From NCBI GenBank assembly GCA_045586925.1, contig JAZNBG010000035.1, forward strand, positions 6,417 through 70,416: a stretch of DNA of 64,000 nucleotides, given 5' to 3'. The position numbers and the translations under genes were made by a program. The notes beneath the pieces are model-generated. The model worked only from the letters and a program-made list of their open reading frames with translations, did no database searches and was not told the origin of the DNA. The stretch is from Clostridia bacterium. GTDB taxonomy: Bacteria; Bacillota; Clostridia; Monoglobales; Monoglobaceae. Shown here piece by piece: positions 40,810 to 50,763 of this stretch (the stretch's first letter is position 1; each line of letters begins with the position of its first letter).

Positions 40810-41079
40810 ATGATTAAAGATTTATTGCCGGTTGGTAGTGTAGTTTTACTTAAAGGTGGCATAAAAAAGTTAGTTATTATGGGGATTAAGCAGGCTAACG
40901 CTGAAGAACCTGATGTTGAATATGACTATGCAGGAGTAATGTATCCAGAAGGATATTTGGGAAATGATACCCTTTACCTTTTTAACCACGCTGATATAAA
41001 TGATATTATTTTTACTGGATATACCAATCCTGAACGTGATGAGTTTTTATTAGAAGTAGAAAAATTATACAATGATTAA
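40810..41079 (+). CDS. small DUF4176-like protein (candidate immunity or chaperone partner of the upstream effector)
   Basis: 89 aa, MIKDLLPVGSVVLLKGG...; this is a family I recall as recurrent in T7SSb islands; assigned from memory. Confidence 0.4.
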   Translation: MIKDLLPVGSVVLLKGGIKKLVIMGIKQANAEEPDVEYDYAGVMYPEGYLGNDTLYLFNHADINDIIFTGYTNPERDEFLLEVEKLYND

Positions 41080-41863
41080 TGCAGTTGCTTTTTCAAATGT
41101 TGGGAATATCAGGAGTAACCACGAAGACAATTATTTACTTGGCGTTGGCAACCACATTGACGAAGTGATACAGAGGCAAATGAGAAATAATCTCTACATG
41201 CAGAAATCCACCTATACGGGTGATGCAGGTGTATTTGCAGTTTGTGATGGTATGGGTGGACATGCTTCTGGAGAGGTTGCAAGTTATGCAGCTATTTGCT
41301 GGTTAAACAATAAAGCTAATTTATTGCTGAATTCTCAACCTACAGAAATAATCAGTTGCATAACAGAATTGAATTCACATATATGTAATGAAGCTGATAA
41401 ATCCTCATGTTGTAACAACATGGGAAGTACTTTAAGTGCAATGATAATCAATGGCAGAAGTATTCATACCATTAATGCCGGAGATAGCCGTATATATTCC
41501 TTTAAAAATGATAAATTATCACAGATAACTACAGACCACACTGAGGGACAGCGATTATTGGACCTTGGATTACTTACAATGAATGAGTTGCCAGAATTTT
41601 CGTCACGAAAATCGTTATATAAGTACTTGGGACGAAAGGGAGAATTGATAGCTGATGTAGTAGATATTAGTGGTAGTGATGGGTTGTATATGATCTGCAG
41701 TGACGGCCTTACGGATGCACTTAATGATTGCGAAATTGAGGGAATATTTTTAAAACGTGATTCAATTTCGGATATCGGACAAGAGCTAATGGATTCTGCT
41801 TTAGCGAAAGGAAATTTATGTGCTGATAATGTGACGTTATTATTAGTTGAAATATCTTACTGA
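41072..41863 (+). CDS. PP2C-family Ser/Thr protein phosphatase
   Basis: FAVCDGMGGHASGEVAS and downstream Asp motifs (GDSR, DGL); overlaps neighbours on both sides. Confidence 0.85.
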   Translation: MINAVAFSNVGNIRSNHEDNYLLGVGNHIDEVIQRQMRNNLYMQKSTYTGDAGVFAVCDGMGGHASGEVASYAAICWLNNKANLLLNSQPTEIISCITELNSHICNEADKSSCCNNMGSTLSAMIINGRSIHTINAGDSRIYSFKNDKLSQITTDHTEGQRLLDLGLLTMNELPEFSSRKSLYKYLGRKGELIADVVDISGSDGLYMICSDGLTDALNDCEIEGIFLKRDSISDIGQELMDSALAKGNLCADNVTLLLVEISY

Positions 41864-43653
41864 TGAAAGAAGGGATAAATTTGATAGGAAAAACCATTTT
41901 AGGTTATACCATTGAGGAAGAAATTGGTTCGGGTGGTTTTGGAACAGTTTATAAGGCTTATAAAAGGGACGAATCCGGAACATTTATTAGAGCAATTAAA
42001 CATATATCCCTTCCTACAAAAAAACAATACAACGATGTACTAAATTCAATGGGTGGAGATTATGCTAAGGCAGATAACTATTTCAATGATATATTGAACG
42101 ATCTCGTCAGCGAAATAAAGATATTATATAATCTTACAGAGCAAGGAGTTCTAAACGTTGTAAGATATACTGATCACCACATTGAGAAACAACAGAACCC
42201 TATCAAATATGATATATACCTTTCTATGGAATATCTAACACCATTTGACGAATATATCCAAACAAGCAAACTTGCGGTTAGGGATGTTATAAAATTAGGA
42301 AAGGATATTTCAGCTGCACTTATCGCTTGCCATAAGAATACCATTATGCATCGAGATATTAAAGATGAAAACATCTTTGTATCTAACGATGGCACATATA
42401 AATTAGGAGATTTTGGGGTTTCAAAAAAAATGCAAGACAGCTCAAGGGCTGAAAGTATGAAAGGTACACCTAATTATATCGCACCTGAAGTGTATTTAGG
42501 AAAAGGCAAATATGATTGCACTGTCGATATATACTCATTGGGGATTGTATTATACAAGCTTCTCAACTATAATCGTAATCCGTTTTTGCCTGAATATCCG
42601 TTGGAATACAATAGTGTAGATGAAGATAAAGCTTTTGAAATGCGTATGAAAGGAGATACGCCTCCTGCTCCGCTTAATGCAAACAATAAACTTGGCGAAG
42701 TAATTTTGAAAGCTATAAGCATTAGAGAAAATCGCTATAACGATGCAGCCGAGCTATATGAATGCTTAAATGAAATCGAAAAAAGCTTAACAAACGAGGA
42801 ACTTAATAAGGTTGTTATATCTCCAATAAAGAATATTGTTGATAAAAAGCCTGAACCTACACCACAGATTCAGAGTGACAAAAATTTAAAAGAAACTATT
42901 GGTGAAGATTATAATGTAACCAATCAGGAAGAAAAAGAGACAGGAAATGGCGCTCTTTTTGAAACTCATGGAGATGATTATACTCCTCCGGTAATAAAAA
43001 GAGAAGAGTCCCAAACAGAATCTATAGTAACAAAGGACGAAGAAGCAGAAGATTGCATAGAAGATGTTGAACAGGAAAAGCCATTAGTGAAAACAAAAAC
43101 AAGAAAGAAAACTTTGCTATATGTCGGCATGGTTTTGGCTGTATTTGTAGCATTGCTTGGATTTAAAATAGCAAACAATATAATGTCAAAAGATAATTGG
43201 ACCGGATTTAGTCATGTATATAATGTTACTGCTGAAGGAAAATATGCAGACGGAAAAAGCGAAGATGAAACAGGAGAAAAATTTGAAATAGATTCAGAGA
43301 CAATTAAAATGGCTTTGGAAGATAATATTCCTAAAAAATTGCCATTAGATCAAGAATATAACTTTGAATTTACAATATATTCACCTGATATGCCAGAGAG
43401 CATAATGGTTTTAGCCGGTAAAGGTGGCGGATATGTTAATTTCGAATATATATCTTGTGCAGAGGAAACAAGCAAGGCATATATAAAATTTCCGTGGGAG
43501 TTTCAAAGTAACCTTAATGGAGAAACTCTGTATTCCCCAGGAGAGAAAATTAGATTTAGAATTGTGGTAGAATACAGAACGAAAAACGATGATGGTTCTA
43601 CTCGTTATGAGAAAATCTATCTTGATAAAACAGCTTTAACATTAACAAAATAA
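41863..43653 (+). CDS. Hanks-type Ser/Thr protein kinase, membrane-anchored with a C-terminal extracytoplasmic domain
   Basis: GSGGFGTVYKA, AIKHI (Lys), HRDIKDEN, DFG, GTPNYIAPE; one TM helix (LLYVGMVLAVFVALLGF). Confidence 0.9.
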   Translation: MKEGINLIGKTILGYTIEEEIGSGGFGTVYKAYKRDESGTFIRAIKHISLPTKKQYNDVLNSMGGDYAKADNYFNDILNDLVSEIKILYNLTEQGVLNVVRYTDHHIEKQQNPIKYDIYLSMEYLTPFDEYIQTSKLAVRDVIKLGKDISAALIACHKNTIMHRDIKDENIFVSNDGTYKLGDFGVSKKMQDSSRAESMKGTPNYIAPEVYLGKGKYDCTVDIYSLGIVLYKLLNYNRNPFLPEYPLEYNSVDEDKAFEMRMKGDTPPAPLNANNKLGEVILKAISIRENRYNDAAELYECLNEIEKSLTNEELNKVVISPIKNIVDKKPEPTPQIQSDKNLKETIGEDYNVTNQEEKETGNGALFETHGDDYTPPVIKREESQTESIVTKDEEAEDCIEDVEQEKPLVKTKTRKKTLLYVGMVLAVFVALLGFKIANNIMSKDNWTGFSHVYNVTAEGKYADGKSEDETGEKFEIDSETIKMALEDNIPKKLPLDQEYNFEFTIYSPDMPESIMVLAGKGGGYVNFEYISCAEETSKAYIKFPWEFQSNLNGETLYSPGEKIRFRIVVEYRTKNDDGSTRYEKIYLDKTALTLTK

Positions 43654-43698
43654 AAGCAATATGTTGATAATTTTGAAATTAAGAAAGAAGGGATAAAG

Positions 43699-45585
43699 TT
43701 GATAGGACAAACAATTTTGGGATATACAATCGAAGAAGAAATAGGTTCAGGTGGCTTTGGCACAGTATATAAAGCGAGAAAAAGTAACCAATCAGGAACT
43801 TATGTGCGTGCAATTAAACATATATCCCTTCCTACAAAAAAACAATACAATGATGTTTTGAACTCAATGGGTGGAGATTATTCGAAGGCGGACGATTATT
43901 TTTCGGATATCCTAAAAGATATTGTTGGAGAAATTCAAATATTAAATAACCTTACTGAACAAGGTGTTCGTAACGTTGTTTGGTATTATGAAAATCAAAT
44001 AGATGAGTGCCAATCTCCACTAAGGTATGACATATATATTTTAATGGAATATCTAACCCCGTTTGATGAATACATACAAGTAAATGAATTTACGGTGAGA
44101 GATGTAATAAAACTAGGTAAAGATATTGCAACAGCACTTGTTGCTTGTCATAAAAATAATGTTATACATCGTGATATTAAAGATGAAAATATATTTGTTG
44201 CAAACGACGGAACATATAAATTAGGTGATTTTGGAGTATCAAAGAAACTTCAAGACCGTTCCCGGGCTGAAAGTATGAAAGGTACACCAAATTACATTGC
44301 ACCAGAGGTATATTTGGGTAGAGGAACCTACGATAATACTGTAGATATATATTCACTTGGGATAGTGTTATATAAATTACTTAATTATAATCGTAATCCA
44401 TTTATGCCTAAATATCCTGAACCATTCAACAGCAATGATGAAGATGTTGCCTTTGAAAACAGAATGAAGGAATTAACACCAGAACTTCCTCAAAATGCTG
44501 AAAACAGTCTTGGTAACATCATTTTGAAGGCTATTGGAAAGCGTGATGAACGTTATGATTCAGCAACAGATTTTTTAGATATTCTTATGGAAACTGAAAA
44601 AAGCTTAACAAACGAGGAATTGAACAAGGTTATAATCACACCTGTAGCAAACGATAAACAGCAAACAGCAGGAACAGTGAATAAAGAAAGTAATATTCCT
44701 CTGAAAGAAACAATTGGTGAGAATTATGAGGTTACGTCAAATGTTGTTAAGGGACAAGGAAATGGGAATCTTTTTGAAACTCAAGGCGAAAAATATGTTC
44801 CACCAGTATTGCCGGATGAGCCAAAAAGGATAATTCATGAAGCAAAAGCGGAGCCTCCTAAAATAGAAACACCCAAAGAAGAAAAATATGAATATGATTA
44901 TGCTCCAAAAGGTCCTCGTACTGCACCACCAGAAGAACCGCATGTTGAACCTATTCAAAAAGGAAGTTTTGATTGGTTATTATATGCTACACCTTTTGTG
45001 ATTTTATTGGTATATATCGTATTGTTTTTCGTGTTACTACCAAAAGCTTATGATAACACAGTATCATTTATAGATTGGGCAATTAAAAATCCGCAGGATT
45101 TGCTTGAAGCGATGAAATCGTCTGATAATGTATTGCCGCCAATATATAAGGTTATTTTCCTTAAATTATTAAATATAGCGTTGTTTTCAGGGTTGGTTAT
45201 ATCGTTATATTTCATCGGAAGAAAACTTCATTTTTCTAAACCAAATTATGCATCCAATGCAACATTGATAGACAAAGAAGCTTACTATTTGTCCTTGGAA
45301 ATATACGAAGAATTAAAGGCTGAATCTATACCCAATACGTCAGATATTATATCTTCTGTAAAAGTAGTACATGACAGATTGAAAAATGATAGCTCTTTTG
45401 GTATAGGAAATCAAAGTGTGATTCGTTGCGAACAGGAAATTGAGTCACTATTAAGAGTTGTTCAGTCAAATATTGCAGGTTTGAAAAATGATAGTACATT
45501 TTCTGGCTCAAAACAGACTATACTAACTTCCTGCAACAGAATAATGGCAAAAATCAAAATGAGAACAGAGTTAAAAAAGAGATAA
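43699..45585 (+). CDS. Hanks-type Ser/Thr protein kinase, tandem paralog with a two-TM C-terminal region
   Basis: Kinase domain ~75% identical to 41863-43653 with all catalytic motifs intact; TTG start; C-terminal region diverged. Confidence 0.9.
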   Translation: MIGQTILGYTIEEEIGSGGFGTVYKARKSNQSGTYVRAIKHISLPTKKQYNDVLNSMGGDYSKADDYFSDILKDIVGEIQILNNLTEQGVRNVVWYYENQIDECQSPLRYDIYILMEYLTPFDEYIQVNEFTVRDVIKLGKDIATALVACHKNNVIHRDIKDENIFVANDGTYKLGDFGVSKKLQDRSRAESMKGTPNYIAPEVYLGRGTYDNTVDIYSLGIVLYKLLNYNRNPFMPKYPEPFNSNDEDVAFENRMKELTPELPQNAENSLGNIILKAIGKRDERYDSATDFLDILMETEKSLTNEELNKVIITPVANDKQQTAGTVNKESNIPLKETIGENYEVTSNVVKGQGNGNLFETQGEKYVPPVLPDEPKRIIHEAKAEPPKIETPKEEKYEYDYAPKGPRTAPPEEPHVEPIQKGSFDWLLYATPFVILLVYIVLFFVLLPKAYDNTVSFIDWAIKNPQDLLEAMKSSDNVLPPIYKVIFLKLLNIALFSGLVISLYFIGRKLHFSKPNYASNATLIDKEAYYLSLEIYEELKAESIPNTSDIISSVKVVHDRLKNDSSFGIGNQSVIRCEQEIESLLRVVQSNIAGLKNDSTFSGSKQTILTSCNRIMAKIKMRTELKKR

Positions 45586-45602
45586 AAAGGAGCGAATAAA
45601 TA

Positions 45603-46196
45603 ATGGCACATCAAGTAGTTGAACTGGAATGTCCAGGCTGTGGAAAACCCATAACAACAAGTACAAAACAATGCCCACAATGTTTTAGGGAGATTGTAAT
45701 CACCACCTTTAATAGTGTAGCATCTATGTCACCGTTGGATATAAACAAATATGCAAGTGCATATAGAAAAGCTTTAGCTGGAAATCCGGATAATAAAGAT
45801 TTGAACACATCAATAGCATTTTGTTACTTGAAATTAAAACTGTATGATAAAGCGTTACCTTGCTTTGAAAAAGCTATTGAAGACAATTTTGATAATTCAG
45901 AAACATATTTTTATGCGGCTATATGCCTGCTGAAAGGTAAAAAAGCATTTCTTACTCTTAGAACTGATATTGATAAGATTGAAGAGTACATACAAGCTGC
46001 AATCATGATAGAGCCTAAAGCTATCTATTATTACTTTTGGGCATATATAAGATACGATCATCATTTTAGAAAGGCGTATAATATGAGTCCAAATTATAGG
46101 GAGTTATTATCACAAGCTACACAAATAGGATTATCACAAACTGATGTACAGGAATTGTATAGTACTTTAGGAATTGACCGTCCTGCACAGTTATAA
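45603..46196 (+). CDS. zinc-ribbon plus TPR-like repeat protein
   Basis: N-terminal CPGCG...CPQCF ribbon followed by TPR-like helical repeats. Confidence 0.5.
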   Translation: MAHQVVELECPGCGKPITTSTKQCPQCFREIVITTFNSVASMSPLDINKYASAYRKALAGNPDNKDLNTSIAFCYLKLKLYDKALPCFEKAIEDNFDNSETYFYAAICLLKGKKAFLTLRTDIDKIEEYIQAAIMIEPKAIYYYFWAYIRYDHHFRKAYNMSPNYRELLSQATQIGLSQTDVQELYSTLGIDRPAQL

Positions 46197-46228
46197 AAAG
46201 TACAATTTAAGAAGGGAGTTGTTTATTT

Positions 46229-47422
46229 TTGATCTGTAAAAAATGTGGAATACGATTAGAAGAAGATGCATTGTTTTGTGGCAATTGCGGAAGCAAAGTA
46301 GAACCTGATTCTGCTAAAACCGCGGTTGAGGATTCAAGTCATGAGTTTGTTTACCCAGAGATACCTATGCCTTCAAAAACAACAACGGTAAAGAGGAAAA
46401 ATAACATGTTGATTCCAATAATATCAATTTCTGTTGTTGCTATTGTTCTAATTGTAGCTTTGATATTATTTTTACTACCAAAATTTTTGAATACTAGTGA
46501 AGATGTGGGCACAGATGTTACAACACAGGATGTTATAACAAAAACAGAAGATTTATCTGATTCCTCTTCAAGTACTGAAAGAACAGAAATAGAAGATAGT
46601 GAAATCAGAAATATTATAAATCAATATTCAAACTACACCGATTTTGGTATATATGTTCATAATTTAAACAATGATTATGAATATGGTTTTAATGATGATT
46701 CTGTGTTTTTAGCTTCTGCTATGTGTCAGGTTGTAATATTAGATACCTTATCAAGAACTGTAGAAGATAACAATATAGATATTAATCAGGAGGAACTATA
46801 TTTTAGCTATATACCTAATGGTAAAGAAGCTCCTACGAGCAAAAATGAATCTGACACATATATAAATTTAAAAAAATGCATAGAAGATGTTGCAGTCTAT
46901 GGAGATAATAACAAATCTAATCATATCGTCGATTATATTGGACAAGTCAATAATGTTAACAATGGATTTGACGTAATAAACAATATGCTTAGACGTAACG
47001 GATATACAGATACACATATTAACAGGAAAACTTTTATTAATCCGGATTATATTGATAATAGCGTACCTGCTAATACGACTACTCCAAGCGAAATAGCAGA
47101 TATATTTGAAAATCTAATCAACAACGGCGGATTTGGAAATAAAAATTATATGATGAACATATTCAAATCTGTTGCACTTGATGGACAACCTATAGGCTTG
47201 AAAAAATGTGTGCCTGCGTATTACGATATTTGCAATGTAAATGCTTTGAACTCGCAATCCACTAACAATGTTGCTATTATTAGCGATGGTAATACGGAAT
47301 TAGCTATTGCAATACTATCAACAACCGATGAATCAAAAACTGATGTAGAAAATAACGAAGATCGTGAAATTGTTATAGCAGAATTAATGAAATACATATT
47401 AGATACACAGTTTGAAAATTAG
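46229..47422 (+). CDS. zinc-ribbon / TM / beta-lactamase-like ectodomain protein with degenerate catalytic motifs
   Basis: CKKCG...CGNCG ribbon, one TM, then a domain similar to 47432-48445 but lacking SxxK (ASAMCQV) and a clear KTG. Confidence 0.45.
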   Translation: MICKKCGIRLEEDALFCGNCGSKVEPDSAKTAVEDSSHEFVYPEIPMPSKTTTVKRKNNMLIPIISISVVAIVLIVALILFLLPKFLNTSEDVGTDVTTQDVITKTEDLSDSSSSTERTEIEDSEIRNIINQYSNYTDFGIYVHNLNNDYEYGFNDDSVFLASAMCQVVILDTLSRTVEDNNIDINQEELYFSYIPNGKEAPTSKNESDTYINLKKCIEDVAVYGDNNKSNHIVDYIGQVNNVNNGFDVINNMLRRNGYTDTHINRKTFINPDYIDNSVPANTTTPSEIADIFENLINNGGFGNKNYMMNIFKSVALDGQPIGLKKCVPAYYDICNVNALNSQSTNNVAIISDGNTELAIAILSTTDESKTDVENNEDREIVIAELMKYILDTQFEN

Positions 47423-47431
47423 AGGTGTGGA

Positions 47432-48445
47432 ATGAATAACGAAAGATTAGACCGAAAACAAAGAAAAGTACGAAAAAAGAGATTGTTTATGGTTAAGGTA
47501 ATTGCATTCATTCTTTTTATCGTTATAGTTTTTATTGCAGGATTTTACTTTGGTAAAACATATAGCTCTAAAAGCATTCCAGTAGCAAATTTTGACAATG
47601 AATATTCTGAGGAAAAGAGCAAATTAACTGATAATTCCGATGAATTTGATAAATTAAACATTTTAAAGACGGATTTAGTTAGTATTATGAATAACAAATA
47701 TCCTACTGTAGATTTGTCCTTTGCAATCAAAAATCTTGATACGGGTGCTATGGTAGTACATAATAACAAAAAAATGAATAGTGCAAGCATAATTAAATTA
47801 TTCATTTTAGAAACTGTATATAATGAAATTATTCAAGGTAAGTATGTGCTTTCCGAGGAACGAGAAAAAGAATTGGAAAAAATGATTACGGAAAGTGATA
47901 ATAACGCTGCCAACAACTTTATAGATGACTTTGGTGGACAAAATGAAAAGCGTAAGGTTGATGAAACTAATTTAATTAATAAAACAATAAAAGAAAAAGG
48001 ATATTTGTTTACTGAATTAAATCGAAAAATGCATGATAAAACACCACCAGAAGGTCCGTCGGGATATCAGAATTATACCTGTGTCGAAGATGTATGTAAA
48101 TTCTTAGAAGGAATATACAACAAAACTCTTTTTGAAGAACCATACAATACATATGCTTTAAATTTAATGAAAAATCAAAAAAGAAGAGCCAAAATCCCTG
48201 CTATGATAACAGACGAATATAACGATGTTATAGTTGCAAATAAAACTGGTGAGTTGTCCCAGGTGGAAAATGATGCAGCAATAATAATGAGTGATGATTT
48301 TAACATTATATTTGTGGTATTAACTGATAACATACCATTCAAGGCGGATGGTACAACTGATTATGATTTAAAAGAAGAAGTTCAAAAAACCATTTCTAAA
48401 CTAGGGTTAAAGGTTGTTGAATTTTATAATGCAAATCAGTTTTAA
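47432..48445 (+). CDS. membrane-anchored class-A-beta-lactamase-fold serine hydrolase
   Basis: One N-terminal TM; SxxK (SASIIK), SDN (ESDNNAANN) and KTG (NKTGE) motifs. Confidence 0.6.
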   Translation: MNNERLDRKQRKVRKKRLFMVKVIAFILFIVIVFIAGFYFGKTYSSKSIPVANFDNEYSEEKSKLTDNSDEFDKLNILKTDLVSIMNNKYPTVDLSFAIKNLDTGAMVVHNNKKMNSASIIKLFILETVYNEIIQGKYVLSEEREKELEKMITESDNNAANNFIDDFGGQNEKRKVDETNLINKTIKEKGYLFTELNRKMHDKTPPEGPSGYQNYTCVEDVCKFLEGIYNKTLFEEPYNTYALNLMKNQKRRAKIPAMITDEYNDVIVANKTGELSQVENDAAIIMSDDFNIIFVVLTDNIPFKADGTTDYDLKEEVQKTISKLGLKVVEFYNANQF

Positions 48446-48518
48446 GCTTAAAACGCAACTTGACAAAAAATTAGTTCTGACAACAAAACAAAATATATAA
48501 AACAAAGGAGAATAAATT

Positions 48519-49976
48519 ATGCAATGTCCAAAATGTGGAAAAGAGAATGCAGACAAAATGAAATTTTGTAGTCAATGCGGAAGCCCATTGGCTGACAATG
48601 AACAAAGAAAAGATGAAAGTACAGTGGTAGCTGGTGAAACAATATCGTCAAATGCATCATATACAAAACCTAAAAATTCAGTTGATGAAAATGTTAAAAG
48701 ATCAAAAATTTATTCATACTTCTATGGTTCAAACACTGTTTTTCAGCAGTTTATAATCATATTAGGTGTTTTCTGTCTTATGATGATTAATGTTGCTAAT
48801 GTAGCACAATATGCAAAGTACAACTCTATGCAAGAGAAGTATTATGAGTTGCGAGAAGAAGTATCAATGGCTGAAAGCGAGTATGAAGAGCTCTACTATG
48901 AATATAGATATGACTTTGATGTTGACCGATATGAGGCTGTTTCAGTTACAAAAGACGAAAAAGATTATGATGAAAAAGTTGAATATAATAAAGCTTTAGA
49001 AAAATATGAAAAAGCTAATGAAAAATGTGAACAGTATTCAGAAAAAATGAACAATGCACATTCTTCAACACCGTTTATGGAAACTGTTTTCAAATTTCTA
49101 GGATATATAGCAATTTTAGTTGGTGTTATTTGGTTTATTTATAAAAAAATCACTTTTGATAAAAGTGGAGAATATGTATATGATCAAGAATTGAAAGATA
49201 AAATTGAAGAAGCAAAACAAAAAGGAATGGACAAGCTTAACATTATTTCTGAGCAAATTGAGAAGGTAGAACCGGTTGTACTTAACGGTATTGCTCATGT
49301 TGATAATGATTTAGTGTCAGCAATATCCATAGGTAAGCTCGGCGCGTTATTCCAAACTTTGTTCAAGTTTATTTTGTCCTTTGATAAGATAATTATAGGA
49401 TTAATAGGTTCGTCTATTTTAACTACAATAAGTACATTTTTAGTTTCTAAAAATGTGCCGTTTATAATTGTATTTTTGCTGGTATTTGGCGGTATAGGAT
49501 ATTTAGGATGTCTCGTATATAAAAAGTATGAAATTGATTCCTACATAAAGCCTAAAACCATTGAAAGATTAAATAAATTTGCACCGCACTACATTGAAAG
49601 AGTAGGTAGTGATGACAGATTAAGAGTATCCCTTCCTGCTATTACGGTTTATATGTTTGGTGACGACCAGTTGTATATGTACTATCAGTATTTGGATATT
49701 GTAACTGGTAAAATATTCTGCGAAGGTGTTCATGAATACTTCTATGAGGATATCGTGGGTGTTACCTCTGCTCAGGAAACTAAAAAGACATATAAACGCT
49801 ATGGATTTATGAATCTCTTCTTGAGAAGCATTGATTATCTTAAAGAACATATTACAGTGGTTTCAAGCGGATGCATGCATAAGGAATCATATGTTGTTGA
49901 TATCGGACATTCTCTTCTCGACACACAATTTGTTGGTATGAGAAATCTTATTCGTCAGAAGAAAATGGAAAAGTGA
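48519..49976 (+). CDS. zinc-ribbon membrane protein with a coiled-coil, acidic region
   Basis: N-terminal CPKCG...CSQCG ribbon, several TM helices and an E/Y-rich repeat segment. Confidence 0.5.
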   Translation: MQCPKCGKENADKMKFCSQCGSPLADNEQRKDESTVVAGETISSNASYTKPKNSVDENVKRSKIYSYFYGSNTVFQQFIIILGVFCLMMINVANVAQYAKYNSMQEKYYELREEVSMAESEYEELYYEYRYDFDVDRYEAVSVTKDEKDYDEKVEYNKALEKYEKANEKCEQYSEKMNNAHSSTPFMETVFKFLGYIAILVGVIWFIYKKITFDKSGEYVYDQELKDKIEEAKQKGMDKLNIISEQIEKVEPVVLNGIAHVDNDLVSAISIGKLGALFQTLFKFILSFDKIIIGLIGSSILTTISTFLVSKNVPFIIVFLLVFGGIGYLGCLVYKKYEIDSYIKPKTIERLNKFAPHYIERVGSDDRLRVSLPAITVYMFGDDQLYMYYQYLDIVTGKIFCEGVHEYFYEDIVGVTSAQETKKTYKRYGFMNLFLRSIDYLKEHITVVSSGCMHKESYVVDIGHSLLDTQFVGMRNLIRQKKMEK

Positions 49977-50060
49977 TAAAGAATTATTTTAATGTTAACT
50001 ACTGTGTAATGCCACTACATAGATGTTATATACAAACAACACAAAAGGAGATGTTTAAAC

Positions 50061-50720
50061 ATGGGACTTATTGATGGCGCAGCAGCTGCAGCTGAATTCG
50101 CACAATGGCAAGCACAAAGAAAGAACCTGATGAAAGCGGCTAATCCCACTCAGAAAAAGGCAATTAAATACTTTATTCCTGAACCAGGATGCAAAGGTCT
50201 TTTTGACAAAGTATCAGACGAAGAATATGATGAAATCGTAAAGGGTATGGTTAAGTCAAGCAATTCTTATCAGAGAGCTCTTGACAAAATCGGTCTTGAT
50301 GAAAGCGAACTTAAAGAGATTCCTCCGGTTACATTATACGGATACGAAGAAGGCAAGAATAGCTTTTCAAAAACAAATATAGATGGAACATACAGAACTA
50401 ACCTTTACTCCATCACACACTTGTTCTTCTCTGCTACACAGGTTTATATGTATCAGCTCGTTTTAAATACAATGAAGAATGACCGCAAGGAAAGAACTGA
50501 AGAATATTTCTATAAGGATATTACAAACTTCTCAACTCTTTCCGATACTGTTGAGTCTATTACTTTCAAGGGCTGTCAGAATACAGTGCAGAAAGTATCT
50601 GTTGAAGTACAGAAATTCTCTCTTATCGTACCTGGCGACAAATTCACTTGTGCTACATACGGTGATATCGATCAGCAGGTAAGAGCAATGAAAAATAAGC
50701 TTAGAGAAAAGAAACAATAA
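50061..50720 (+). CDS. hypothetical soluble protein
   Basis: 219 aa, good RBS, no recognisable motif. Confidence 0.45.
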   Translation: MGLIDGAAAAAEFAQWQAQRKNLMKAANPTQKKAIKYFIPEPGCKGLFDKVSDEEYDEIVKGMVKSSNSYQRALDKIGLDESELKEIPPVTLYGYEEGKNSFSKTNIDGTYRTNLYSITHLFFSATQVYMYQLVLNTMKNDRKERTEEYFYKDITNFSTLSDTVESITFKGCQNTVQKVSVEVQKFSLIVPGDKFTCATYGDIDQQVRAMKNKLREKKQ

Positions 50721-50763
50721 TTAGTTATAGCGTGCACGCTAAAGGTAATTATAGGTGATATAG

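Noticed and set aside
41863-45585. Considered calling the two membrane kinases EssB pseudokinases
   Set aside because: All catalytic residues (VAIK Lys, HRD Asp, DFG, APE) are present, so they are predicted active kinases. The EssB-like role is kept only as a hypothesis.
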